From Octopus vulgaris (taxonomy: Eukaryota): 64,000 nucleotides of DNA. The stretch is from contig OX597820.1 of assembly GCA_951406725.2 (NCBI GenBank), positions 57,846,001-57,910,000 on the forward strand. The letters are read 5' to 3'. Numbering within the stretch: position 1 is the stretch's first letter; every line of letters starts with the position of its first letter. The notes beneath the pieces were generated by a model. It had not been told where the DNA came from, searched no databases, and saw nothing but the letters and a program-made list of their open reading frames with translations. Made by a program: the position numbers and the translations under genes. Of this stretch, positions 14,148-27,215 are shown piece after piece.

Positions 14148-14231
14148 TTGATCTATCTCTCTATCTATCAATCTATCAATCTATATATCGTTTTATACAC
14201 ATACATATACATAGACACACACACACACAAG

Positions 14232-14313
<82 letters not shown>

Positions 14314-14690
14314 GAGAGAGAGAGATGTTTCTGTATACATGTATGTATATAACTTTTTGCATGTATGTGTGTGTGCATGTGCGTGAGTGTGTGTGCATGC
14401 GCGCATATGCGTGTGTACATATAGGTATATGAACATCTCTCTATATGTATATGCATATAGATATGTATATGCATATAGATATGTATACACGCATATGTAA
14501 ATATATGTGTATGTGTACATGCTTGTATGTATGTGTATGTGCATATCTATGCGTATATATATATGTATATATACATATGTACATTCATATATATGTGCAT
14601 ATATATGCATATGTAAATATGTTTCTCCCTCTCTCTCTTTATCTATCTATCCATATATATCTATATCTATCTATCTATATACATATACAT

Positions 14691-14754
<64 letters not shown>

Positions 14755-14810
14755 ATGTATGTGTACGTATATAATTAAGTATGAAGTATGTCATATGTAA
14801 GTATGCGTGT
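14148..14810. repeat. Compound TA/CA/TG low-complexity block
   Basis: Direct reading. It accounts for the ORFs at 14148-14800. Confidence 0.93.
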
Positions 14811-15319
14811 GCATATCGGTACACATATATAGATGAAACGGGTATGTATATCTACGCAATCCTATGGCGCATGAAAGGTTACACCTTTCTGTAAGTTTTT
14901 ATGCAAATATATTGATTATTACATATAACCCCAAAGTCAAGCGAGTGTTCTTTTCTCTGTAATTTATTTTCTCTGAAATTTTTTTCTATCATTCATCTTT
15001 TATTTGCGTTTTATGATATTCAATACTAGTAAATCAGGCAGACGTTTACATAACTAGAGATACCCACCGCTCGTATGTTCATCAAGTTAAAGCAAACGGA
15101 TAAATACACACACACATATACACACATACATGCTTGAGGGAAGTTTGTTTAGATTAATACAAAACACACACATACACTCACGTGTATAATGTTATGTAAC
15201 TATAGCTCATATGAATAGAAACTTGAAAATAACCGTATGTGTGTGTTAGTCGGAAACTTATCGTGACTGGTATATGTATTCAAAACAAGAAATGTTCTTT
15301 GACTATATATACTTGCAAA

Positions 15320-15970
15320 CAAAAACCAAGAATTTATGTATCACCTTGTAAATATCTGATAAATATAACGCAAAAAATATCTTAAACAAAAAAAACTAGC
15401 CACATCTCATTAAATACCATAACCACAGAAAACCAGGCCTCCAATCTAAAAACAGATCGGATTGAGGACAGCCTTTATCACCCTTAAGTATCATAAAACC
15501 AACTTGCTCCGGAACTCTGAAAACAACTTAATCAAACTGTCCACAAACTATTTGCAAGTGCAGTCGCAATGAAGTTCACCTTATAAGTAGTGCGAGACTA
15601 GGTTATGAAATTTGCAGTGCTACCTTTGTTCAATGGTTACTTTGTATTAAGACAAATTCTCTCGCTTCTCACGAAAACCCTGCAATTCGGAAGATACTCC
15701 CTACCACCACTGATTTTAATACCAGAATATTAAGGATCACTTGGCGTCTCAACAGAAGGATGTGGCAGACGGGAAGTAGCAGATCTTGTAGGACTGTTCA
15801 GCCGAGACCATTTGAAATCGTATCAACCTTTCCTAGGTTCCGAAATGTACAGAAATGACGGCTTCGCAATCTCATACATGAACTGCTACGTAACGGATAG
15901 CGTTAGAAGGGACCTAATAAAAATGTTTAAAGCTTTCAACAACCAAATAATAACTGAATTCTTGAACATA
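15320..15970 (+). pseudogene. Penelope-like retroelement reverse transcriptase relic
   Basis: Manual translation gives AFITLKYHK (cf. PLE AFITLKDHK), EVADLVGL (cf. GAEVCELVGL) and MYRNDGFAI..RRDLIKMFK (cf. YRDDGL..KKLIKIFK). Heavily deleted and frameshifted. Confidence 0.7.
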
Positions 15971-16095
15971 AGAGTAAATGAGCGGAACAGCAACTAGGTT
16001 CTTAATAAATATACGTACAGTCTAATATATCGATTACTTAATTCTATCGCTTTCTAACAAACGTGTTTGCGTGTGTATACATACATGTATACATA

Positions 16096-16138
<43 letters not shown>

Positions 16139-16179
16139 GTATGAGTGCATACATATATATGTATGCGTATATATATATA

Positions 16180-16555
16180 TCTCTCTATATATAAACGGCA
16201 GTTTGTCTGTGTGTGTTTCTGTGTGTCTGTTAGCTTGTACCCTCACCCTGACCACGGCTTTCAACCGATTCTGATGAAACTTGACACACACATAGCCCAA
16301 TGTCATAATTCAAAACTAACGCAGAGAAAATTTTGAAAAGTTCCCCCAGTTCTGAAAAAAATCGATAAATTCGACATGGGGTCGAGAATCAGAAACACAA
16401 ACCACAGACTGTCTAGGGGACGCAACTCGACCGTTTTAACTCTCAAAAAAAAATTTACCATAATTTTTTTTCCATTTTTTTTGGCTATAACTCTCTAAAA
16501 ATGCTTTATAGTTATTTCCCTTACAAACCCGAGCAACGCCGGGCGATACTGCTAG
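16180..16555 (+). mobile_element. Non-autonomous Helitron (~375 bp)
   Basis: 5' TCTCTCTATATATAAA..GTCTGTGTG, 3' hairpin CCCG-AGCAACGC-CGGG followed by CTAG|T. Inserted in (TA)n. Confidence 0.85.
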
Positions 16556-17438
16556 TATATATATATATATATACATATATATACATATATATACATATAT
16601 ATACATACATATATATAAATATATATATATATATATATGTACATATGTATACACACGCACACACACGCACACACGCATCCCCTCACACATCCCCATTAGT
16701 ATATATCTTATCAAACGAAATATTAAGTGATATCTAATCTGTCAATATAAGTGATGCTTTCAAACGGAAATGTTAAAATGTAAAACTTTAATATTGCTTG
16801 GTCACGCGTTGTTATTATTGTTGTTTTTGGTTCTTTCGTAATATTTTCTATTTTTCTAGAATGCGTATATGCAAATACATACACACACACACATATATAC
16901 ATACATGTATATATATATATATATCTTTATATATATAAAACTGAGAATGTGTGTCTGTCTGTCTGTGTGTTTCCCTAAAACTTGAGAACTACACAACCAA
17001 TTTCATTCAAATTTCACACATGCCTTACTTATGGTCCGGGGAGTGTCATCGGTAAAAAAATGTTCAACTTCTTGCCTAGAGCGAGCCCATAGCAATATCA
17101 TATCTTCTCCACTATTTCAGTATTACGTGTTAAAAGTGAAACAAAAACATTTCTCTATTTTATGTCAGATACTTTCACTTTAACAATAAAAATAATAATA
17201 ACAATTGAATTATATGTAGTAAGTAATAATTAAAATCAAACTAAAGTATAATATAATCGTAACATAAAAAAAGTAAAAATAGCAATTGGTATAAAATTGC
17301 ATCAATGACTTGAACTTGAATAAGTGGTTTCACATGAATGGTAATAAATTAAAAATAAAATTAGCGTGCAGAAATGGAATAGTCCAGATGGATAATAAAA
17401 AATTAAATTAAAGAAAAGACTATTGTCAATAAAGTATA

Positions 17439-19132
17439 CAATGTAGAGAAAACAGGGTGTTTTTTTTTTCGGCTCCTGAAATTCGGTAAAAAAGAACAAA
17501 AAGCGTTGTTGTTGTTGTGGAAATTCTGAACGGCGTTGACGCGGTTTCGCGTCTCACTGGTTCTGCGCGTTACACTTTTTCGGTTCGGGAGGCCGTTTTT
17601 CGGCCGGAGGCGACTATGAGCCGCCTCCAGCAAGCGGAGGAGATGGAAGGGAGAATTTACTCTGAAATTTCGACGGAAGTATCGACATCTGAGGAGGAGT
17701 TGGCGGTGAAAAAGATGGAAGGCACCTACGCAGGTGTAACGAAGAAGTCAACGGAAAGAGAGATAGACTTGGCTAAGTTGGCGGGCCTCCAGGAGTTTGT
17801 GAAGGAGGACGAGAACGGTGAAGTCGAGCTGCTGAATCCAGTAGGGCGCGGAGACTGGTTCCATCGTAGAACCATTAAATATAAAGTATTTATGAATGGA
17901 GGTAGAAAGATGGAAGTAATTAACATGGAAGCAATTGAAGAGGCTCTCAAGCAGACAGGAGAGGAAATTGTGTACATGACAAAAGGATTACAATACGGAA
18001 CCATAACGGTGCAATTTAAAAGTGAAAAAGCAGCCAGGAATGTAGCAGCCAAGGTGGTGAGTACAGAAAAGATTTACTTGTTACCCTCGTATCTGAATAG
18101 GCGGACAACCAGAATTAGGGTGGAGGAATACCTCCACACCTAGAGGGCGAATTAATAACGGCTGCGGTTATAAAAGGAAATGAAGATAAAGTGGACATCC
18201 TCCACGCCATTATGAAGTATGAAGGCGTGAGAGGTGCCACACTAGTTATGAACATTCAAACGGAGGCGGATGTTATAGAGAGGATTACGGACAGCATAAA
18301 AACTGGAAATATTATTATGAGAGTGTGGGTGGAGGGTAGGGCGCCCAGGTGCTACAAGTGTGGCCAGAGGGGTCACATAAGAGCCTACTGCCCTCCCCCA
18401 CCAAAGGAAAAAGAAAAGGAAAGCGTTGAGGAAGCCTCAAGAGAGGAAGAAAATAAACAGAAACAAACAGAGAAGGAAACGACAGAAGAAGAGGAGATGC
18501 AACAAGAGTGGAAAGAAGGGGGAACAAAGAGAAAAAGAAAGGAAAAAGAAAAACTGTGCGAAGCCCCAACCCACCCCAACACCACCCATACCCTTGGAGT
18601 CCCATCCTTCCCCTGCAAACAGTGATTCCACCCACTCCCCTCCAACAAGAAAACAAAAAAAAAAAAAATTAACACAGACAGACAAGAGACTGAAAGCGAA
18701 CCCAGGCCGAACATTTGTATTATGACAGAACAGGAAGAGGTTAAAAGGGTAATGGAAGGGTATACATGGTGCGATTCAGGTGTGACCAGGTGTGCAGTGA
18801 TTGAAAAGGAGCGAATAGATGAGTTTATGAGAAGGTGCGAAAGGGAGAATTGGGAGGTGGAAGAGATGAGTCTGAGTGATGAATCCGTGAAAAATATGGA
18901 GAATCGTTTTGAAGTGAGAATGGAGAATATCGGTTTTATTATTGGAAATTGGAGTGACGGCGAAAACCAAAGGACAGGTAAGTGATGCTAACGGATGGGG
19001 CCTTTAGCATCGCTTTCATATTATCATTTTTTCATGTAACAATTCATCCTTCATAAATTTAATTATAATGTTCTATGTCCCCATGTCTTGTAATGTCCCC
19101 CTCTTCGTTGGCCCCTTGTGGGTAATAAAGAA
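17439..19132 (+). mobile_element. ORF1(gag)-only non-LTR retroelement, copy 1
   Basis: 5' UTR shared with copy 2, a disrupted ORF1, and a ~150-bp 3' UTR ending GCCCCTTGTGGGTAATAAAGAA. No endonuclease or RT. Confidence 0.75.
17616..18985 (+). pseudogene. LINE ORF1-like protein (TYA motif, RRM-like region, CCHC zinc knuckle, C-terminal domain), frameshifted
   Basis: TYAGVTKK; YGTITVQFKSEKAA..RIRVE; CYKCGQRGHIRAYC; acidic/basic linker; C-terminal MTEQEEVK..ERENWEV. Split across ORFs starting at 17517, 18191, 18426 and 18722. Confidence 0.82.
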
Positions 19133-19133
19133 T

Positions 19134-20859
19134 CAATGTAGAGAAAAAAGGTCGTGTTTTTTTCGGCTCCTGAAATTCGGTAAAAAAGAACAAAAAGCGT
19201 TGTTGTTGTTGTGGAAATTCTGAACGGCGTTGACGCGGTTTCGCGTTCGCTCGTTCAGCGCGTTACACTTTTTCTGTTTTGGCGGCCGTTCTCGGTCTGT
19301 CAGACAGAAGGAAATGGACTATGAGTCTCTAACAGACTTGTCCACGACAGATGAGGAACTGGAACAGGCAATTGCAATGAAGCTGATGGAAGAAAAGGCT
19401 GGAATTTTCGAGTCTTTATCAGACCTGCCTACGTCTGAGAAAGAGCTAGAAATGGCAGCAAGGAATTTGGAAGAGAAACTGGGTTATACCTATGCCGGTG
19501 TAACCAAGAAGGCGGAAGAGAAAGGGGTAGACATGGCCAAGTTGCCAAGTTACCAGAAATACATGAAAAAGGAAAGCGGTGAGGTGGAACTATCACCGAC
19601 ACCCAGGAGAAAGAATGGTATGATAAGAGGACCATTAGTTACAGGGTGTTCGCAAACGAAAGGAAGAGGGCAGAAGTTGTAACCATGGAATGGATAGAGG
19701 AGGCCCTGCGAAGAACTGAGGAGGAAATAAATTTTCTGACTCGAGGATCCAAGTACGGTACCGTAGTTGTGCATTTCAAAACTGAGTCTGCAGCGAGGAA
19801 GATGGCGGCGAAGCCGGTGAAGTCAGAAAAGGTAACCCTATTACCTACGTATTTAAACAGGAGGATTACACGAATAAGGGTGGAGGGAGTGCCACCAAAC
19901 GTGGAGGCAGAATGGATTGTGGCGGCTGTGATCAGCGGCCACGAGGACGAAGTGGATATTCTCCATGCCTCGGTTAAGTCCGAGGGCTGGAGAGGCGTAA
20001 CAGTGGAGCTGAACGTACAGGCAGAGACCGAGGTACTGGTGGACCTGACGGAAAGCATCAGACTGGGAGACGTGATCATGAGAGTGTGGGTGGAGGGCAG
20101 GGCTCCACGTTGTTACAAGTGTGGCCTGAGGGGTCACATAAGAGCCTTCTGCCCTCCCCCAGGGAAAGAAATGGATTCCGAACCAGAGGAGAAGGAAACA
20201 GAGGAAGAGAATACACAGAAATGGAAGGAAGTTGGAAGTAAGAGGAAGAGAAGAATACGTGGAAAAAAAGAAAATAATATGGAACTCCAATCTACCCCAA
20301 AACCACCCACACCCTCTGAGTCCCACCCTATCCATGCAGACATTGAGCCCACCCGCTCCCCCCAACAAGAAAACAAAAGAAAAAAAGAATACACACACAC
20401 AAGAGATTGAAAGCGAACCCAGGCCGTACATTTGTACTATGACTGAACAGAAAGAAGTTAAAAGTCTAATGGAAGAGTATAAATGGTATGATGTTGGAGA
20501 GACTAGGTATGCTGTGATTGAAAAGAAGAACATAGGTGAGTTTATGGGGAGGTGGGAAAGGGAGAATTGGGAGGTGAAAGATATAAGAATGAGCGATGAA
20601 TTCGTGGAAAATATGGATGAGTATTTCGGAGTAAGAATGGATATGGAATTTATTCGTGTTGGCAAAGAACATTCAAGTGACTATGAAAAACAAAGGACAA
20701 GTAAGTGATGCTGACGGACGGGGCCGTTGGTATCGCTTTCATTTTATCATTTTTTTCGTTTAACAATTCATGTTCATAAAGTTTAATTATAATGTTCTAT
20801 GTCCCCATGTTTTGTTATGTCCGCCATTCTTCGTAGCCCCTTAGTGGGTAATAAAGAAA
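19134..20859 (+). mobile_element. ORF1(gag)-only non-LTR retroelement, copy 2
   Basis: Same architecture as copy 1 and directly abutting its tail. Ends GCCCCTTAGTGGGTAATAAAGAAA. Confidence 0.75.
19314..20708 (+). pseudogene. LINE ORF1-like protein, paralog of 17616-18985, frameshifted
   Basis: TYAGVTKK; YGTVVVHFKTESAA..RIRVEGVPP; CYKCGLRGHIRAFC; C-terminal MTEQKEVK..ERENWEV. Confidence 0.82.
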
Positions 20860-20863
20860 TCAC

Positions 20864-21160
20864 ATGGAGGAAAGCACCTTCGAAAAGTGTCTTGGTGGCG
20901 ACTATGAAAGATATCTAATCAGAGGCGGTAAATTCGCCACAATAGAAGCAAGGTTCGAGTCAACGGAGCGTGCAAGGGAGTACTCGACTCGAATTTGCAA
21001 AGTGGAAATATTTTATTTTTTACCTTTATATCTGGGACGTAGGACGTCCCGGAAAAAAATTTTAAATGCCCCTCCCCCCCAGAAGTAGAGGTAGGCTGGA
21101 TTGTAGCCACACTTCTATACAAGAGGGAGGACAAGATACAATTGATCGAAATTACAAGAG
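20864..21160 (+). pseudogene. Third, more divergent ORF1 fragment
   Basis: YLIRGGKFATIEARFES..FLPLYLGRRTSR, then frameshifted PPEVEVGWIVA, aligns with FLTRGSKYGTVVVHF..LLPTYLNRRITR..PPNVEAEWIVA of copy 2. Confidence 0.72.
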
Positions 21161-21356
21161 ACGGGCTAACAATTCCAGTCTGTTATATATTTTGAGTATT
21201 GTTATCACTAGCGATATCACGATATAACTTTGTATTTTGTATTTTATGTGTAGATGTATATATATAAATGTACATGTAATATGTAAACACATATATATAT
21301 ATACATATATACATGCACTAGCACTATGACCCGGCAACGACGGGTCTTTAATGCTA

Positions 21357-21397
<41 letters not shown>

Positions 21398-22139
21398 ATC
21401 CAAACTTGAAAACACCAAGAGAAAACACAACAACGCGAGGACGTGGAACAAATATAGTATTATTGGACGCTATATATATATTTATAAATTTCATTGCATG
21501 TATGTATGTATATATGAGTGAGTGTGTATATTACTTAGTTTTCGACATTATGGGCATATTCACTTATATTGAACTATTTTTATGTCACAATCAAATCAGA
21601 CTAGTCAGCACATATGCCCACAGAAACAACACACACATACAGAGAGGGAGAGAGGGGGAGAGAGGGGGAGAGAGGGGGAGAGAGAGGGAGGGAGAGAGAG
21701 AAGAAGAGAAACAGTACAGACACATACACACACAGATGAGTCCGCATGCACTCATGCTTATATGAGCATGTGTACATACACAAACTCAAATACATAATAT
21801 AGTGAGTTATTTTCACAAGTAATTAGTTGACAAAATCTCCGTCCAATACTTTTTGAAATTTTAAATCAATCAACAAATGAGGAATTCATTAGAATGGTTC
21901 TGGTCTTGACAGTTAAATTACAGTTTGTTGTTTATTAAACCTTGTCAGCAGAAATTATTCTACTCTTTCGGTATCATCAAGATTGATGAAGACATTCATA
22001 TATACATACATCCATACGTACATGAGTGTTTGTGTGTGTGTGTATGTGTGTATGTGTGTGTGTATGTGTGTATGTGTGGATCCCTCTTAACGTTGTTATC
22101 TGATAAAATAAGTATCTGTTGACCTGGTTCCTGACCGTA

Positions 22140-23674
22140 GACTGCTCTTCAAAACTATAAAGTCAGAGCACTCTGTTTTTTTTCTGACGAACTATGCTAC
22201 CCAAATTCCTGAAACTCACCTCTAGATAGGAAATAGAACAGAAGAAGGCGTTGTAATGTTCAAATTTATTGAAATCCAGACATAAATTGGAAAAATAATT
22301 CAAAAAAATACAGAGTTAGACTCTCCCTGTTTAAAACTATCGTGCAAGGTTCAATAATGTTGCAAAACAGGGAAATTATGATATGTTTCAATGATCTTCT
22401 TATGCAAAACATGAACAATAGTGTGTTTGACCACCACCTTTCTGAATTACTTCAAGGACACGCGATTTCATGCTCCCTATCAACTTCAGCAGCAGATTAA
22501 GTGGAAACTCTTTCCAGGCCTTCTTTTTTGCCGTTTCAAGTTCAGCAGATGAATACTGCTCACCTCCCCTGTACACAACATTCGTGAGACATTCCCAGGT
22601 ATTTTCTATAGGATTAAGGTCGGGATTTCTTGCTGGCCATGACATGACTTCATTCACAATTGCATAGAGGAAATCCAAAGTTGCTTTTGCTTTATGAATA
22701 GGATCATTGTCCTGATGAAATATGAAGTTCTCACTAAAGAGCCTTCTTCCTTCTTCGTTAATGTGAGCCCCGTCCAGCATATCGATATATCGAGCAGCAT
22801 TGAAACAGCCATCCATGATGACAAGCGGCAGCTTCTCATTGGCCGATATTGTTCCCCACTCCATAACACCTTCTCCGCTGTTCTGCCACTTGGAATAAGT
22901 AGAATTTTGCATACATTTATCTGTCCAGCAATACTTATAACCGTCGGTGCCATCCAAGTTCCATTTTTCCTCTTCAGAGGATATATCTCTGGTCCAGTAA
23001 CCATCCCACGTCTGATGTTACGGAGCAAACTCCAATCTAACGGATTTGTGGGAAGGAGACGATAACGGACGTCCTAGCCGCTTCTTCAGATGAAAACCAT
23101 AGTTCAAAATCACTCTTCTTACTGTGGATGTCGAGGCTCCTACTTCTGAAGCCTAGATTTTGGAGACAGAAGTGCAGCATGACTTCTTCTCCACTCTAAC
23201 AATGGCCTTTTCATTCACTGGAACGTCCACCAGCCTGAACCCTATTGTAGTCGTCAGTATCTTTCAAAAAACTATTCACTGGCGTTCTGCTTCGCCGAAT
23301 CTTCTCGGCAATCTCCCGGTTACTCATTCCTTCCACTTTCAGTCCAAGAATCCTCCCTTGCTCAATTTCAGAAAACTTTGTATCTTTAGGCATACTGGAA
23401 ATGTAATCTGGATCACGGAGAATACGATTGAGTCGAATATTTTCTGAAACAATCTGGTAAGGAATGAAAATACATTAGTGGCTTTATAGTTTTGAAGTGT
23501 TGATGTGCTAGAGAAAATTGGGAAATCAGGTGTCGTAATGTGATAATAAAGGTACAAGTTATTCACAAAGTATCCATTTACAATATATTATGGCAGTTCG
23601 TTCACTTAAACACCGAGCTAAATTTCTAAATAACTTTTAAAAAACATGTGGCTTTATAGTTTTGAATAGTAGTT
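22140..23674 (-). mobile_element. Tc1/Tc3-like DNA transposon, decayed
   Basis: TIRs ACT(G/A)CT(C/A)TTCAAAACTATAAAG with TA flanks (22138-22139 and 23675-23676). An inner repeat of the TIR core lies at ~23480. Confidence 0.85.
22400..23393 (-). pseudogene. Tc3-like DD34E transposase, disrupted
   Basis: N-terminal HTH MPKDTKFSEIEQGRILGL..MSNREIA; SSEEEKWNLDGTDGY (cf. FSDEKKFNLDGPDG); FHQDNDPIH; WPARNPDLNPIENTW. Contains stops and a frameshift. Confidence 0.9.
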
Positions 23675-24137
23675 TATTTCATAGGATCAACAAGTTCACA
23701 TAATTGCTATTTTTGAAATCATCTCCTTTACGTATTGATTTTACATTTTAAAGCACACCCAAAGAGATTTTCGTCTATTAATTACATGTATGATGTCAAT
23801 TAAAGCTTTTTTTCAATACTGTTATATACTTGAGATTCTATAATGTGTATGTGTGTATGTATGTGTGTATAGATGTATGTGTGTCTATGTGTATGCGTGT
23901 GTATGTGTGTGCGCGCGTACACGTGTGATTATTCAGATGTTGACATTTATTAAGCTAAACAACTTTATATCTCAGGTTCCAAAATTTTCAGAGTGTGTTC
24001 GGGGAATTTCGAAACTCGAAAGAAACAAGACTAGTCTTGTACTTGTACTTTCAGTGGAATAAGCACATATCTAACACGCTATGCATGTTATTGCATACTT
24101 TACATTATACTGTGGATCTCCCAAGTTTTCAAATGGG

Positions 24138-24617
<480 letters not shown>

Positions 24618-24643
24618 CTTATCTATCTATATATCTATCTATC

Positions 24644-25132
24644 ATTCTATTTTCTTCAAGTATCACTTGAAAAAGGAAAGTGAGGGTAGAGAGGCAAGTT
24701 TTGTCTATCGAATGTTTCAAAAAAAGATGAATGAATGTAGCAAGGATGGCAAGTATGAATGACGAAGCCACCTTGAGCATAATCCTATGAACACGGAAAA
24801 ATTTAAAACAGAGGGTTACCTACTTGCAAACAAATGTGGTAACATGTAACATTATTGAGCGAGGTTACCGTGGTCTTTTCCGTAGGCTTTTCTTTCCACG
24901 GATAAACCTTATCTGCTTCCCCCTTTACACTTTACATCATGACATTTCTGTGATACACGATCCCTAGTGATCGTTTTTTTCTTTTTCTATTTTCTTTCCC
25001 TTTTACGATCCCTTTTGATCGAAAAACCTACCCCGTTTGTTTTTTTTGTTTTTGTTTTTTTCTCCCAAAAAGAAAAGCTCTACTTTGTAATCTGTCCCGT
25101 CTGTATGCACCCCTGTGTGGCTAATAAAGAAA
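24644..25132 (+). mobile_element. 5'-truncated LINE (Tx1/L1-like ORF2 C-terminus plus 3' UTR) in (TCTA)n
   Basis: Manual translation with one frameshift gives FFKYHL-KRKVRVERQVLSIECFKKR*MNVARM, resembling the F..RW C-terminus of Tx1-type ORF2. Tail CCCTGTGTGGCTAATAAAGAAA. Confidence 0.62.
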
Positions 25133-25134
25133 CA

Positions 25135-25253
<119 letters not shown>

Positions 25254-25388
25254 TTGTCTATCTATCTATTTGTCTATCTATCTATTTGTCTATCTATCTA
25301 TTTGTCTATCTATCTATTTGTCTATCTATCTATCTATTTGTCTATCTGTCTGTCTGTCTGTCTTTCCATCTATCTACATAAATTCTTT

Positions 25389-25540
25389 CGCAGTTCCACT
25401 GAGTAAACACTTAGATACATGTGAAGAAGGAAAATTTAAGAACTTTCCCTTCTATAAATGCCCAAGGAATGACACCTTCTTCAGAGAAAAGAATGGAAAA
25501 ATACTTCATAACAAAGTTCTCCCCCAAACTGAATCGCTGA
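25389..25540 (+). pseudogene. Penelope-like GIY-YIG endonuclease C-terminal fragment
   Basis: [22 protein letters not shown], then frameshifted [15 protein letters not shown], matching the PLE endonuclease ending R..E..FI..F.P.LN. Confidence 0.7.
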
Positions 25541-26329
25541 AAATATTTCTGTAATGATTTGTACTGGATGAAGGATCAATTTTGTAAAGTAAATTGTATT
25601 AAACACACACACACACACACACACAAAGTACTATACATATGTACATATATACATACATAGAAACAGTCTTACATCCAGATTCTCCAACCCATACCAGCAC
25701 AGGAATCAAACATTGGATTGAAAAACTGAACAACGGTATAGATGTCAACAAAATGTTTTCTTCTTCCTTCTTTCTTTCTGTCTCTTTTCCATTAATACTC
25801 CTTTCAGATACACAGGCACCCCACCCCCGACCACACACACACAGACGCACACATATGCACACAAACTCACTAAAGAACACATACACACTCTCTCTCTCAC
25901 TGGACAATGATGAAAAGAAATCCAGATAATTTTTTTGAAAAATAACATTTACCCTCCTTGGAGTAGCCACCTGGTTTTGCCATTTCTAAAGGCCAAGAAT
26001 CACTTTTTTCTTGTTTCTCTCTTCTTCCTTTCCTTCTCTTTTCCATTGATATAAAGGCGCACGCACACACACACACACGCACTCTCTCACTTTCTTCCCA
26101 TTCCTCACCCTCTTTTAGTATCCTATATCTCTCTCCATCCCTACACACTCAATAATACTATAAAGAGAGACAAATCTCCTGAAATACTTCAATCTGAAGA
26201 ATCCACTAGAGTAGATGCAAGCGCTAATTTATGATTTATAAAAACATGTGAGATATTAATAAAAATCTGTAAATATAAAACCATCTAGATTTCTGAGTAC
26301 CATGGCCCTTTGAAATACAGGTACAATAG

Positions 26330-26474
26330 AAACAGGGAGAAAGAATGAGAGAAAGCTGTGGTTAAAGAGTACAGCAGGGTTGCCCCCCCCCATTTCGCTC
26401 AATAAACACTCACAACGCCCGGTCTGGGATCGAAACCGCGAGTCTGCTGCCCTAAACACTGAGCCATTGCATCT

Positions 26475-26478
<4 letters not shown>
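26330..26478 (-). mobile_element. tRNA(Arg)-like SINE family D, internally deleted
   Basis: Minus strand TGGAGATGCAATGGCTCAGTGTTTAGGGCAGCAGACTCGCGG..TTCGATCCCAGACCGGGCG. Related to 30085-30302. Confidence 0.7.
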
Positions 26479-26563
<85 letters not shown>

Positions 26564-27215
26564 CAAGCATACTTTTCTCTCTCACGCTCGCACACACACA
26601 CGCTTACACGCATATATATACATACATGCATGCATACGCATATATGCAAGTGAAGTGGATGTAAACATATCTAGGAAATCTATTAATATTTGACCGGTTA
26701 TTCTTTATTTTGGTGGTGGTGGTGGTGGGGATATATAATAGACGTATTAAATGCATTGCTATTATCTACTGCCCGACATAAATAATACATCTTTCTTTTA
26801 TCTTTTTTTAATGCATTATTATATGCAGTTAACAATACTATTTTCTTTGGTGTTTTCTGTTATTTGCTTGCTAATGTGTTGTTGTTGTTTTTTTATTTAT
26901 TTCTATATTTTTTTGTATAGCAATACATTGATGTATGCAGTATTTAAAGTCCGAATGTGAGATCTTCAAAAATACTGTTTGATGATTCTGATTGTAAATT
27001 TTATTTTAGGAATAATACTTTGTAGTAATAATACGTACCATAGTAATATTTCATAATATAAAGAAATATAAAACGTAAGAGGATTAGTTGTCAAACGCCA
27101 TTATTAATGTGGTCAATAAATTTTTTAAAAAGCAATAAATGAAAAACAGTAAAAATTATTTTATAAATTCCACTTTTAAAGTATCAAAACATTTTCCGCA
27201 GCCAGCCTGAAACAA

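Larger units (their letters stand above)
16924..21357 (+). mobile_element. Helitron-bounded composite segment
   Basis: Helitron-type 5' end TCTTTATATATATAAAA..GTCTGTCTGTCTG at 16924, and a 3' hairpin GACCCG-N7-CGGGTC plus CTAG|T at 21357. That the two ends belong to one element is inferred. Confidence 0.55.

Noticed and set aside
18640-18725. Programmed frameshift into the C-terminal MTEQ domain of the gag-only elements
   Set aside because: The two copies need shifts in opposite directions and both have other frameshifts, so this is better explained by decay in A-rich and CA-rich runs.
26190-26325. HHR downstream of the PLE endonuclease fragment (CTGAAGA..GAAA)
   Set aside because: I could not build stems I-III; at best it is a badly decayed relic.
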